Both the position numbers and the translations under genes were made by a program. Shown here piece by piece: positions 1-7,837 of a stretch of DNA of 64,000 nt. Within the stretch, counting starts at the first letter, position 1, and each line of letters opens with the position of its first letter. The DNA comes from Candidatus Latescibacterota bacterium (lineage in GTDB: Bacteria; Latescibacterota; UBA2968; GCA-2709665): the NCBI GenBank assembly GCA_965237675.1, contig OZ250150.1, forward strand, positions 3,424,001 to 3,488,000, read 5' to 3'. Below the pieces are notes generated by a model. It worked only from the letters and a program-made list of their open reading frames with translations. It had not been told where the DNA came from and ran no database searches.

Positions 1-787
1 AAAGCGAACGGAACTCGAAGAGAAGGCTCGTGCGGCGCTTGACCGGCTTCAGCGCATTAGCGGTCCGGGCAAACCGCTAGAAAACCTAATGGTCGATCTC
101 GCTGACACGGATTCCCAGTCTATCGCCGACGAGATAGACGGGCAGGAGGAAGAAAGGGCCATTGCCAACGCCCGGCGTGAGGAGTTGTCGACAGAGCGTG
201 GCTCTATCCGGGCCGATCTGAAAGGGCTCATGGGCGAGGAAGAGTCGTCCCGACTTCGGATGGAGCGAAACGTACTCCTGGAGCAGATCAAGGACCACGC
301 CCGGGAATGGACCCGGCTAACGCTTGCCCGTAACCTGCTTGAAGAAGCGCGGCGAAAGTTCGAGCAAGAACGGCAGCCGGGAGTCGTCCGTCACGCTGAG
401 GAATTCTTCACTGCGATCACCAATGGACGGTACCGGCAGGTTTACGCACCTCTCGGTGAACAAACGATCACGGTTACAGACACCGACGGGCGAACGAAAC
501 AGCCGACCGAACTCAGCCGTGGCACTCGGGAGCAGTTGTTCCTGTCGCTCCGTTTCGGGCTGATTCGCGAGCTTGGAGAGCGAACGGAGCCGCTCCCCGT
601 CGTCGTGGACGAGGTCCTGGTGAATTTCGATCCCGAACGCGCGCTTAGGGCCGCCACCGCCTTCACGGAGCTATCCAAAACCAACCAGGTGCTGGTCTTT
701 ACCTGCCATCCGACGGTCGTCGATTTGTTCAAAAACGCGGCCTCCAAGGCGGGCGTTGAGAAGCCGGACGTATTACAGATCAAGTGA
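1..787 (+). CDS. YhaN/SbcC-like AAA ATPase, C-terminal part (5' end outside window)
   Basis: Frame is open from position 2. Coiled coil, then ABC-type signature LSRGTREQL, Walker B VVVDEVLVNFD and H-loop VFTCH, typical of the YhaN (AAA_27) family. Confidence 0.85.
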   Translation, partial: KRTELEEKARAALDRLQRISGPGKPLENLMVDLADTDSQSIADEIDGQEEERAIANARREELSTERGSIRADLKGLMGEEESSRLRMERNVLLEQIKDHAREWTRLTLARNLLEEARRKFEQERQPGVVRHAEEFFTAITNGRYRQVYAPLGEQTITVTDTDGRTKQPTELSRGTREQLFLSLRFGLIRELGERTEPLPVVVDEVLVNFDPERALRAATAFTELSKTNQVLVFTCHPTVVDLFKNAASKAGVEKPDVLQIK

Positions 788-929
788 GTTGCCTGATTCC
801 AGAATCCATTCCGCATTTCGTCGACTGCGCACTGTGGCGGGCCCATTGGTAATTCAACGAACGGCCGGCGACAGTATCCTACAAATCGTCTGATCGACCC
901 ACGCCCCACCCCATCCAAATTCTCCGGTC

Positions 930-2765
930 TTACCCTTCGTACCATCCCGCCTGCAGGGCCCACATCCGGGCGTACTCTCCGCTTCGGGCGACCAGTTCAT
1001 CGTGGGTTCCTGCTTCGATCAGCCGCCCTTCCTTGAGGACGAGGATCCGGTCGCACATCCGCGCCGAGCCCAGCCGATGGGAAACCACGACCGTCGTGCG
1101 CCCGCCGGCCATGGCAAGAAAGCGCCGGAACACGTCGGCCTCGGCTTTCGGATCCAGGGAGGCGGTCGGTTCGTCGAGGACGACGAGGTCGGCGTCCCGC
1201 ATGAAGCCCCTGGAAATCGCAACCCGCTGCCACTCCCCGCCTGACAACTCCGTGCCGCCTTCGAACTCCCTGCCAAGCAGGGTATCGTAGCCCTCCGGGA
1301 GCCGGCTGGCCACGGCGTCCGCTCCGCCCCGGCGCGCCGCGGTTTCGATTTCGGCCTGCTCTCGCATCCGCTCCCAGCGACCAAAACCGATGTTCTCTCC
1401 CAAAGTGAAGGCGAAACGGGTATAATCCTGGAAGACCGCCGTTGACTGGTCCCGGAACTGGTGGCGGTTTGCCCGTTCCGCCGGGAGGTCGCCGTAAAAA
1501 AGCTCGCCGGTGGTGGGGTGGAACAGCCCCAGCAGGAGCTTGACGAGGGTGGTTTTGCCTGAGCCGTTCGCGCCAACCAGGGCCACGCGCTCTCCCGGAC
1601 GGATGGTTAGGGTGACTTCCTGGAGAGCGTAGCGCTGCGACTGAGGATAGCGGAAGGAAAGGCCCCGAGCGACGATTGGCGTCCTGTCGAGGGAGGTGAC
1701 GGCCGCGCCCCCTGGGGGCTCTTCCGGGCCCAGATCCAGGTAGATGAACAGGTCGGCGATGTTCAACAGCCGGATTCCAAGGTAGCCGATCCGGGAGATG
1801 ACCCGGTCGACGCTTTGGCGCACCTGGCGCAGAGCGACGATCATGGCGGCGAACTGTCCCGCCGACAGCCCACCCTCGAGGGCCGCCCACGCCGACCAGC
1901 CAACGCCGGCGGCGAACGCGAGGAGGCTGAAAGCCGACAGGACCCCTCGTAGGGCCCAGTTCCTGCGAAGTTGCTGATAGATGGCCTTGGCAACTCGCCA
2001 ATAGAGGTACTCCCACCAGCCGGTCAGGGCGGGACCCAGGCCGAACACCCGCACCTCGTTGGCGGCCTCCCGCTCCGTTAGCGTCCTTTCCAGGTACCCG
2101 CGCAGCCGCTGCGCCTGCGTCGACCGTCGAAACGTGTAAAACCTGCCCCGGTCGTGGATAATGCTCATCATGGGAGGCGGCAGCGAGACCAGGACGATGG
2201 CAACGAGGAGCAGCGGGTCCCACAGAGCGACGACGACGGCGACGGAGACCGCCGTCACTGTTCCGGTAAAGATCGATCGGATTTCGCCGAAGAGGTTCAG
2301 GAAAAAGCCGGGTTTGGCTGCCTCCTGGGCGCGGCGCAGGAGATCGTGGAAATCGGCCCGCTCGAAGGTCTCCAGGTGAAGCGCCCGGGACTTGACCTGG
2401 AGTTGTTCAAGCAGCCGATCCTCCAGTTCCTGCTTCACTCGCTCGAGCAAAATCAATCGGGTCCAGGTCTGAATGCCGGTTTCTGCCACGATAACGGCCG
2501 CCCACAGGGCCAGCCACGGGAACATGGCATTGACCGGTAGCTGGCCCTCGTACACGCCGAGGCCACGATCGAACAGTTCCCGTACGACCCAGACCGTCGC
2601 GGCGGGTAGCAGACCGGTCGTAAACTCCAGTATAAGGGACGTGACTGCCCGCCACGGATCGGTGCGGATCATCCAGTCCAGGAAGCGGATGAGGGTCCGG
2701 GGACCGCGAGGGCGCTCCAGAATGGGATCGGGTTCTACCGGTACCACGATGCCTGTTCCTCCCAC
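930..2765 (-). CDS. ABC exporter, fused permease/ATPase half-transporter
   Basis: N-terminal TM helices; Walker A GANGSGKT, signature LSGGEWQR, Walker B LVVLDEPT, SHRL. Confidence 0.92.
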   Translation of the reverse strand: MGGTGIVVPVEPDPILERPRGPRTLIRFLDWMIRTDPWRAVTSLILEFTTGLLPAATVWVVRELFDRGLGVYEGQLPVNAMFPWLALWAAVIVAETGIQTWTRLILLERVKQELEDRLLEQLQVKSRALHLETFERADFHDLLRRAQEAAKPGFFLNLFGEIRSIFTGTVTAVSVAVVVALWDPLLLVAIVLVSLPPPMMSIIHDRGRFYTFRRSTQAQRLRGYLERTLTEREAANEVRVFGLGPALTGWWEYLYWRVAKAIYQQLRRNWALRGVLSAFSLLAFAAGVGWSAWAALEGGLSAGQFAAMIVALRQVRQSVDRVISRIGYLGIRLLNIADLFIYLDLGPEEPPGGAAVTSLDRTPIVARGLSFRYPQSQRYALQEVTLTIRPGERVALVGANGSGKTTLVKLLLGLFHPTTGELFYGDLPAERANRHQFRDQSTAVFQDYTRFAFTLGENIGFGRWERMREQAEIETAARRGGADAVASRLPEGYDTLLGREFEGGTELSGGEWQRVAISRGFMRDADLVVLDEPTASLDPKAEADVFRRFLAMAGGRTTVVVSHRLGSARMCDRILVLKEGRLIEAGTHDELVARSGEYARMWALQAGWYEG

Positions 2766-4648
2766 ATTCCGGCGTACACGCCTCCGGTCGCCAGCAGGTC
2801 GTCGTGCCGACCCTCCTCGACGATGCGACCGTCCCGCAGCACCAGGATGCGATCGGCCATGCGGGCGGAGCCGAGCCGGTGGCTGATCAGCAGGGCGGTA
2901 CGCCCCTCAAGCAGTTCGGCGAACTGCCGGTAGAGCCCCGCCTCCGCCACGGCATCGAGGGCCGCGGCCGGCTCGTCGAGGATGAGCAATTCCGGATCGC
3001 GGGTGAAGGCGCGGGCGATGGCGATGCGCTGCCATTCGCCGCCGGACAGCCCCTGCCCGCCGTCGAGGACGTGCCCGATCGGGGTGTCGTAACCATTGGG
3101 AAGCCGTTCCGCGAGCTCGTCGGCGCCAGAGCGGCGCGCTGCCTCCGCGACCACCGACATGTCAGGGTGTAGCCACGAGGGCCATAGTTCGGCGGCAGGC
3201 CCATCTCCCGAGTTACCCAATGTACCGATGCCGATGGATTGTCCCAGGGTGAGTTCGAACCGGCAGTAGTCCTGGAAAGCGGCGCTCACGGCGTCTGACA
3301 GGCTGTCGGGGTCAATATCAACATAATCCAGACCATCGGCTGTCACGCGCCCCGCGGTGGGGGGGTAGAGACCGAGGAGGATCCTGGCCAGGGTGGACTT
3401 TCCGGCGCCGTTGTCGCCGACGAGGGCGACACGTTCGCCCGGGGCCAGGTGGAAGCTGACTCCCCGCAGCACGGGCGGGGCCGCATCCCCGGAAGCGGCT
3501 GCCGGGTAGGCAAAGTGGACGCCGTCGACGATAATACCACTCTTAATTGGCCTCGGAAACGCGGCGGATGGGGGTCCGCCTTTTTTACCCGGGGTTCGGG
3601 TCTTGGGGTCGACTCCGTCGGACAGGTCGAAGAAATCACGTACGTAACCGACTTCGGCCGAGTGGGCCTGCAGCTCCCGGGAATTGTGGCCGAGACTGGC
3701 GCCGGCGCCCAGCATGTCGTCGACACCCTGAAAAAGCGCCACGAATTGTCCGGGTGTGAGTAACCGGACTCCGAGCAGGTATGCGAGGAGGCCTGCGACG
3801 CCGAGGCCCACGGCGACACGCAGCCCGGTGGCCGGCAGGCCTCCGATGACCTGGCGCTGGCGTTGGTCCAACAGCCGCTCCCTCAGTGCCCGTCGCATCG
3901 AGCGCCAGCGTTCGGTGAGCGGCGCGTGCAGGGCGAAGAGGCGCATCTCCTTCTGTTCGGTACGCCCGGTCAGGATGCGGTCGACGTAACCGGCCCGGCG
4001 CTCCTCCTGCGTTTCGCCGTAGGTAAAAGCCATGAACATGCGGCTCTGCTCCATCTCCAGACGGACCTGCGGCGCCAGTACGGCCAGCAGGACGAAGGTA
4101 ATCCACGGCGAAACCGCGGCGAACATGGCAGCCACGGAGACCGCCTTGATCGCGGCCTCGAATACGTGCAGGGTCGTGAAGAATAGCCGATCCAGCTTCC
4201 GCCCGGGATCCCGGGCCCGCTCGAGGCGGTCGTACGTCTCACTGACGTCGAAGAACAGCAGGGGCAGCCGGGAGGAACGTTCCAGAAGTCGGCGGCCCAT
4301 GAGATGGGAAAGGTTCTGTTCCAGCCGGAGATGGAGGACGTCCCGCACGTTCCAGAGCACCTCTCTGGTGAGTAGAAGGATCACGCCGAAGGCAATCAGC
4401 CACGGGAGAATATCGCCGAAGCCCGAGGTCCCGCCGTCGGCTGCGTCGACCACGGTGTCGACGAGGTTCCTGGTGACGTGGATGAGCAGGGCGGGTTGGA
4501 TGCCCAGCAGGATGTGCACAGCGATCAGACAAAGCGCCGCCATCCTCGCATGAGCCCATATGTGGCGCCATCCCCAACGCAGGGTTGCCCTGATCGCTGT
4601 GGCGTTCTCGCGTCGGTTCCAAAAATCGAGGTCCGATCGCGGCAGCAT
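2735..4648 (-). CDS. ABC exporter, fused permease/ATPase half-transporter (probable heterodimer partner of the adjacent gene)
   Basis: TM domain; GDNGAGKS, LSGGEWQR, ILDEP, SHRL; overlaps the next gene. Confidence 0.92.
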   Translation of the reverse strand: MLPRSDLDFWNRRENATAIRATLRWGWRHIWAHARMAALCLIAVHILLGIQPALLIHVTRNLVDTVVDAADGGTSGFGDILPWLIAFGVILLLTREVLWNVRDVLHLRLEQNLSHLMGRRLLERSSRLPLLFFDVSETYDRLERARDPGRKLDRLFFTTLHVFEAAIKAVSVAAMFAAVSPWITFVLLAVLAPQVRLEMEQSRMFMAFTYGETQEERRAGYVDRILTGRTEQKEMRLFALHAPLTERWRSMRRALRERLLDQRQRQVIGGLPATGLRVAVGLGVAGLLAYLLGVRLLTPGQFVALFQGVDDMLGAGASLGHNSRELQAHSAEVGYVRDFFDLSDGVDPKTRTPGKKGGPPSAAFPRPIKSGIIVDGVHFAYPAAASGDAAPPVLRGVSFHLAPGERVALVGDNGAGKSTLARILLGLYPPTAGRVTADGLDYVDIDPDSLSDAVSAAFQDYCRFELTLGQSIGIGTLGNSGDGPAAELWPSWLHPDMSVVAEAARRSGADELAERLPNGYDTPIGHVLDGGQGLSGGEWQRIAIARAFTRDPELLILDEPAAALDAVAEAGLYRQFAELLEGRTALLISHRLGSARMADRILVLRDGRIVEEGRHDDLLATGGVYAGMWEEQASWYR

Positions 4649-4707
4649 ACGACGCTCCCTGTAGGTGCGCGTGTATGGGAGAAAGCTCCACGGATGCCTG
4701 CCCGATT

Positions 4708-4736
4708 AAGATAGGTCATCCAGCGCACGAATCCAA
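4708..4736 (-). promoter_or_regulatory. Putative sigma70 promoter for the ABC exporter pair
   Basis: Minus strand TTGGAT-N17-TATCTT with an AT-rich UP-like tract upstream, ~60 nt before the start at 4648. Confidence 0.4.
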
Positions 4737-4781
4737 CGAAAAAATAGACCGTAAATACTTATTATTAAAAAATTTATATAC

Positions 4782-4810
4782 TTGACTTCCGAGTAGCTTT
4801 TTGTTATATT
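4782..4810 (+). promoter_or_regulatory. Strong sigma70-like promoter with extended -10
   Basis: TTGACT-N17-TATATT with TG at the extended -10 position and AT-rich sequence upstream. Confidence 0.6.
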
Positions 4811-4826
4811 ATTATTGTGGAAAATC

Positions 4827-4868
4827 AAAGAGGGAGTTGGAGATATATATCTTCAACTCCCTCTTTTT
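4827..4868. terminator. Bidirectional intrinsic terminator-like hairpin
   Basis: AAAGAGGGAGTTGGAGATA / TATCTTCAACTCCCTCTTT arms with one mismatch (G-U on the + transcript); T-runs follow on both strands. Confidence 0.7.
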
Positions 4869-5228
4869 AGTCTCTTTAATTCGGCCTTCGTAACCGTCCG
4901 GGGCACCAGACCGGAGAGGTATATCGTTCAACAGAATGGCTATGCAACGCAATCAGTCGGGTACCGGTGGGGCAGTTGTCGACGAACCTTGAAGACTGTC
5001 AACCACCGGATCGTACGTGTTCTCGGCCCTTTCGTTCACCGTGGTTACAGCTCGTGCTGCACCTTGTCTATCGACCAGTTCGATCACCCGTTTCGGTGTC
5101 GCGATGCCTCCGTCTCTATGGGCTACAACCGGCGACCATGGACGCATATCGGTATTGGGATCGGCACGATGTGGATGGCGCCCCGCCGCGTGAACCTTGA
5201 ACGGCAATCCCGCCGATTCGTCTCCCCT

Positions 5229-5408
5229 CTATGATCGTTCATGCAGATATCGCTCTGCGTAAATATCCAACACTTTTCGGATCATGCTCTGATAGGGTAC
5301 GCCATTCTCCCGGGCGCTCGACTTGAAGAAATCGACGCTTCTTTTGTTGAGATCAAGAGTCACGCGCACGGTTTCATCTTTAAGGACAAGCTGGTCGGGA
5401 GACGGCAA
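5229..5408 (-). CDS. CopG/BrnA-like ribbon-helix-helix antitoxin (59 aa, absent from the ORF track, possibly N-truncated)
   Basis: Manual translation from TTG (GGAG upstream): MPSPDQLVLKDETVRVTLDLNKRSVDFFKSSARENGVPYQSMIRKVLDIYAERYLHERS*. The VTL.L...VDFFK..A...G.PYQ.MIR..LD pattern is typical of CopG/BrnA antitoxins. Confidence 0.75.
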   Translation of the reverse strand: MPSPDQLVLKDETVRVTLDLNKRSVDFFKSSARENGVPYQSMIRKVLDIYAERYLHERS

Positions 5409-5505
5409 CTGACTGCTCCAGCAGGAACTGTTGTCAATAGATTACTCTATATTGTGAAATGAGGAATTGCTGGGATGCGGAGCAGGCACGAGGCCGCGCT
5501 GAACG

Positions 5506-6765
5506 CTAGCGATGATGGAATCCGTGGTTCAACTCCAGCCGGATGCCCAGCACCAGTGCGTTCTCGATTGTCCTTTCGGCGCCGGGGTTGATGATATATT
5601 GAATATCCGGCTGGATCTGCAACCTGTCGTTGATGTGAGCACGATAGGTGAATTCGATTGCTGTCTCATGGCGCTCCGCGCCAGAGGCAGCGCGGAAATC
5701 TCCGCCACACCGCGCCATCGCAACGGAAACCGCGATCTGGTCGTCCGGCCGTTGGGGGACGAATCCGGAAAGGATCGTCCCGGCGCCGAGGTAGCTCTCG
5801 AAGGGATTGAGCGCGCCGTTGGCGGTTCCGTAGCGAATGAAGACCGATGCGGTCCGTCGGTGGGCCGCGTCCGTGTAGGCCATGCCTTCAGCAAATCCAT
5901 ACCAGCCGGCATTGCCGCCCCGACGCACGGGATTCCCCCACGCGTCGGATTCGTGAAGCGATTCGAATTCCGCACTATACGAGAATGCGCCTAGACCCAA
6001 CCGCAATGCGCCGGGGAATTCGCGGGTGTATTCGAAGGCATGCAGAACGCCCTCGCGGCTGCTTAACTTGATTGCGGTGGCCGAGGGATTGTCGGGATCG
6101 CCGGGTACCGCGTCAAGGAGTGCGTAACGCACAAGATTGTTGTTGTCAATCCTCCACTCGAGGCGCGCGGTCAGCGATGTCGCCGGAAATACCGACGGCC
6201 CGCGTTCCCCGGTCTGGGAGTACGTGGGCACGATTCCGTGAGACCCGTTCAGGAACAACCCCGCCGAATCGACAGCGTCGAACTCGCTGTTGAGATCGTA
6301 GAGTCCGAATTTCAGATCCAGCCCATCCGAAAAGGGATGTTGATACCAGAATTCGTAAAGTCGGAACGCCTGCTCCGCGTCGATGTTGGAAACGACCTGC
6401 GTGTCGCCCGTATACCGGTCCGAAAACGTCGACGCGTTGTTCCAGAGCAGATAGGCGAACATCGATCCGCCCCCGGGTCCGAAGATCCGCCCAAGGTCGA
6501 ACGAAATCGTCGCATCGATGTTCTGCAGATAGGCCGAGCCGTTCCTGATCCCCCCGGAAGCGTTGTGAAGCAAGTCCGCGACGTATCCGAGTTCGGCGGA
6601 AAACACACGGGCATCGGATTGTGGTTCCGAGGCCGCCAGGCCCGCGGTGGAGCCGATCAGCAGCGTGCAGAATACAACACGCCGAAATCCGAACGCGAGT
6701 CCTTCTCTGAACTTTCCCGATCCTATCGTCACACCGGCGATGAATCTACCCTCTATTGAAATCAT
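5506..6765 (-). CDS. Carbohydrate-selective porin, OprB family
   Basis: Signal peptide; motifs SNIDA..FRLYEFWY, GLYDLNSEFD, RPDDQI, E..IEFTY, IQPDIQYIINPG, ALVLGIR. Start uncertain. Confidence 0.88.
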   Translation of the reverse strand: MISIEGRFIAGVTIGSGKFREGLAFGFRRVVFCTLLIGSTAGLAASEPQSDARVFSAELGYVADLLHNASGGIRNGSAYLQNIDATISFDLGRIFGPGGGSMFAYLLWNNASTFSDRYTGDTQVVSNIDAEQAFRLYEFWYQHPFSDGLDLKFGLYDLNSEFDAVDSAGLFLNGSHGIVPTYSQTGERGPSVFPATSLTARLEWRIDNNNLVRYALLDAVPGDPDNPSATAIKLSSREGVLHAFEYTREFPGALRLGLGAFSYSAEFESLHESDAWGNPVRRGGNAGWYGFAEGMAYTDAAHRRTASVFIRYGTANGALNPFESYLGAGTILSGFVPQRPDDQIAVSVAMARCGGDFRAASGAERHETAIEFTYRAHINDRLQIQPDIQYIINPGAERTIENALVLGIRLELNHGFHHR

Positions 6766-6906
6766 AGGCGTACCTTTCGGTTGATGTCCGTCAAGAGTGT
6801 ACAGTTGTTTCCAGGGTTATGGTTTACGCTGTGTTTTCCAGGTCCGGCGCCGCACCGTGTGCGGCACCCGCCGATGTCTTCACGACCGGTCGTAGAGCTG
6901 CTCTTC

Positions 6907-7821
6907 TCAGAATGTGAGTTCAAATGTCTGCGAGCTGTACCCCGCGAATATGCCGTATCCGTTCTCGACGTTGCTGTACACCCTGACGGGTTCGGCAAAG
7001 GGGTTGTCGACCGTAGTTTCATGGAGAAGGGCGCTCTTGAGGTGTCTGTAATATGCCTCGCTTATGTGGCGGACCTGGACCCGGATTACACGCTCCAGGC
7101 TCGCCTCAACCGCAAGGTCAACGGACGATAGCTCAATTTCGTGCGATTCACCGTCGAACAGGGCGTCGCTGAAAAACGTCTCGGAACCTGTGAACGGCTC
7201 AACGCCCTCGGTGACTGGATCTTCAATCCGGTTGTCGGCGATAATGGATGGATCTCTTGTGGAAAAATACAGATCGCGTCGACCCGACCGGCCAGGGGCA
7301 ATGACGCGAATCTGATATCGGTTTTCCTCGCCGGGTGGATCCTGAATCTGAAGGGTGATCCGGAATTCGGTAACCGTCGTAACGCCGGGTTCCCCGGGAA
7401 CAGGATCGGAGGTCTCCACGCGATACGATTCGATGGACGTCGGTACGGGTGGGGGTGCGCTGTCAGTCGCATGGACGGTCTCAAAGCCCGGCGCTGACAC
7501 CTGCAACGAGTAGGACCTGCCCGCTTGCAGTGGTTTTTCGCTTGCATACACCCGTTCCCGGTCGAGAAAAGGTAACCGATCGATGATCCGGCCATCTGAA
7601 AGCAGTTCCACGCTGGCGCCGGTAACCAATCGCTCGGGCCCGGGCGAGGGTTCCAGAATGCCGACGGACCGGCTGACGGATGCCGCCCATCCTCCGTCCG
7701 GGGTGAAGAAGGCCTTTATCACCAGTCGAGGCGTGTGTTCAGGCAAATCCGGGTTGATGATCAACTCGCATCCTGAGAACGCGAGGACGAGAATCGAGAT
7801 TCTGAAGAATGTGTTCTTCAT
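6907..7821 (-). CDS. DUF4249-family lipoprotein
   Basis: Lipobox LAFSGC; motifs DPPGEENRY, FSDALFDG, ISEAYY, EPVRVYSNVENGYGIFAG; lies downstream of a TBDR. Confidence 0.8.
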   Translation of the reverse strand: MKNTFFRISILVLAFSGCELIINPDLPEHTPRLVIKAFFTPDGGWAASVSRSVGILEPSPGPERLVTGASVELLSDGRIIDRLPFLDRERVYASEKPLQAGRSYSLQVSAPGFETVHATDSAPPPVPTSIESYRVETSDPVPGEPGVTTVTEFRITLQIQDPPGEENRYQIRVIAPGRSGRRDLYFSTRDPSIIADNRIEDPVTEGVEPFTGSETFFSDALFDGESHEIELSSVDLAVEASLERVIRVQVRHISEAYYRHLKSALLHETTVDNPFAEPVRVYSNVENGYGIFAGYSSQTFELTF

Positions 7822-7837
7822 GGCTGGACCTCGACAA

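Noticed and set aside
997-2223. Long alternative-frame ORFs (e.g. 997..2223, 19665..20798, 38549..39412, 47007..48020)
   Set aside because: They are frame or antisense shadows of well-supported genes, as expected in GC-rich DNA.
930-4648. ABC pair as a RiPP/lasso-peptide exporter
   Set aside because: No precursor peptide or modifying enzyme nearby, so the substrate cannot be inferred.
4815-5234. 139-aa + ORF and 84-aa - ORF (4953..5207) downstream of the AT-rich promoter
   Set aside because: The + ORF runs through the terminator hairpin and has no RBS; neither protein has recognisable motifs.
5241-5462. 73-aa + strand ORF
   Set aside because: It is the antisense shadow of the CopG-like gene at 5229-5408.
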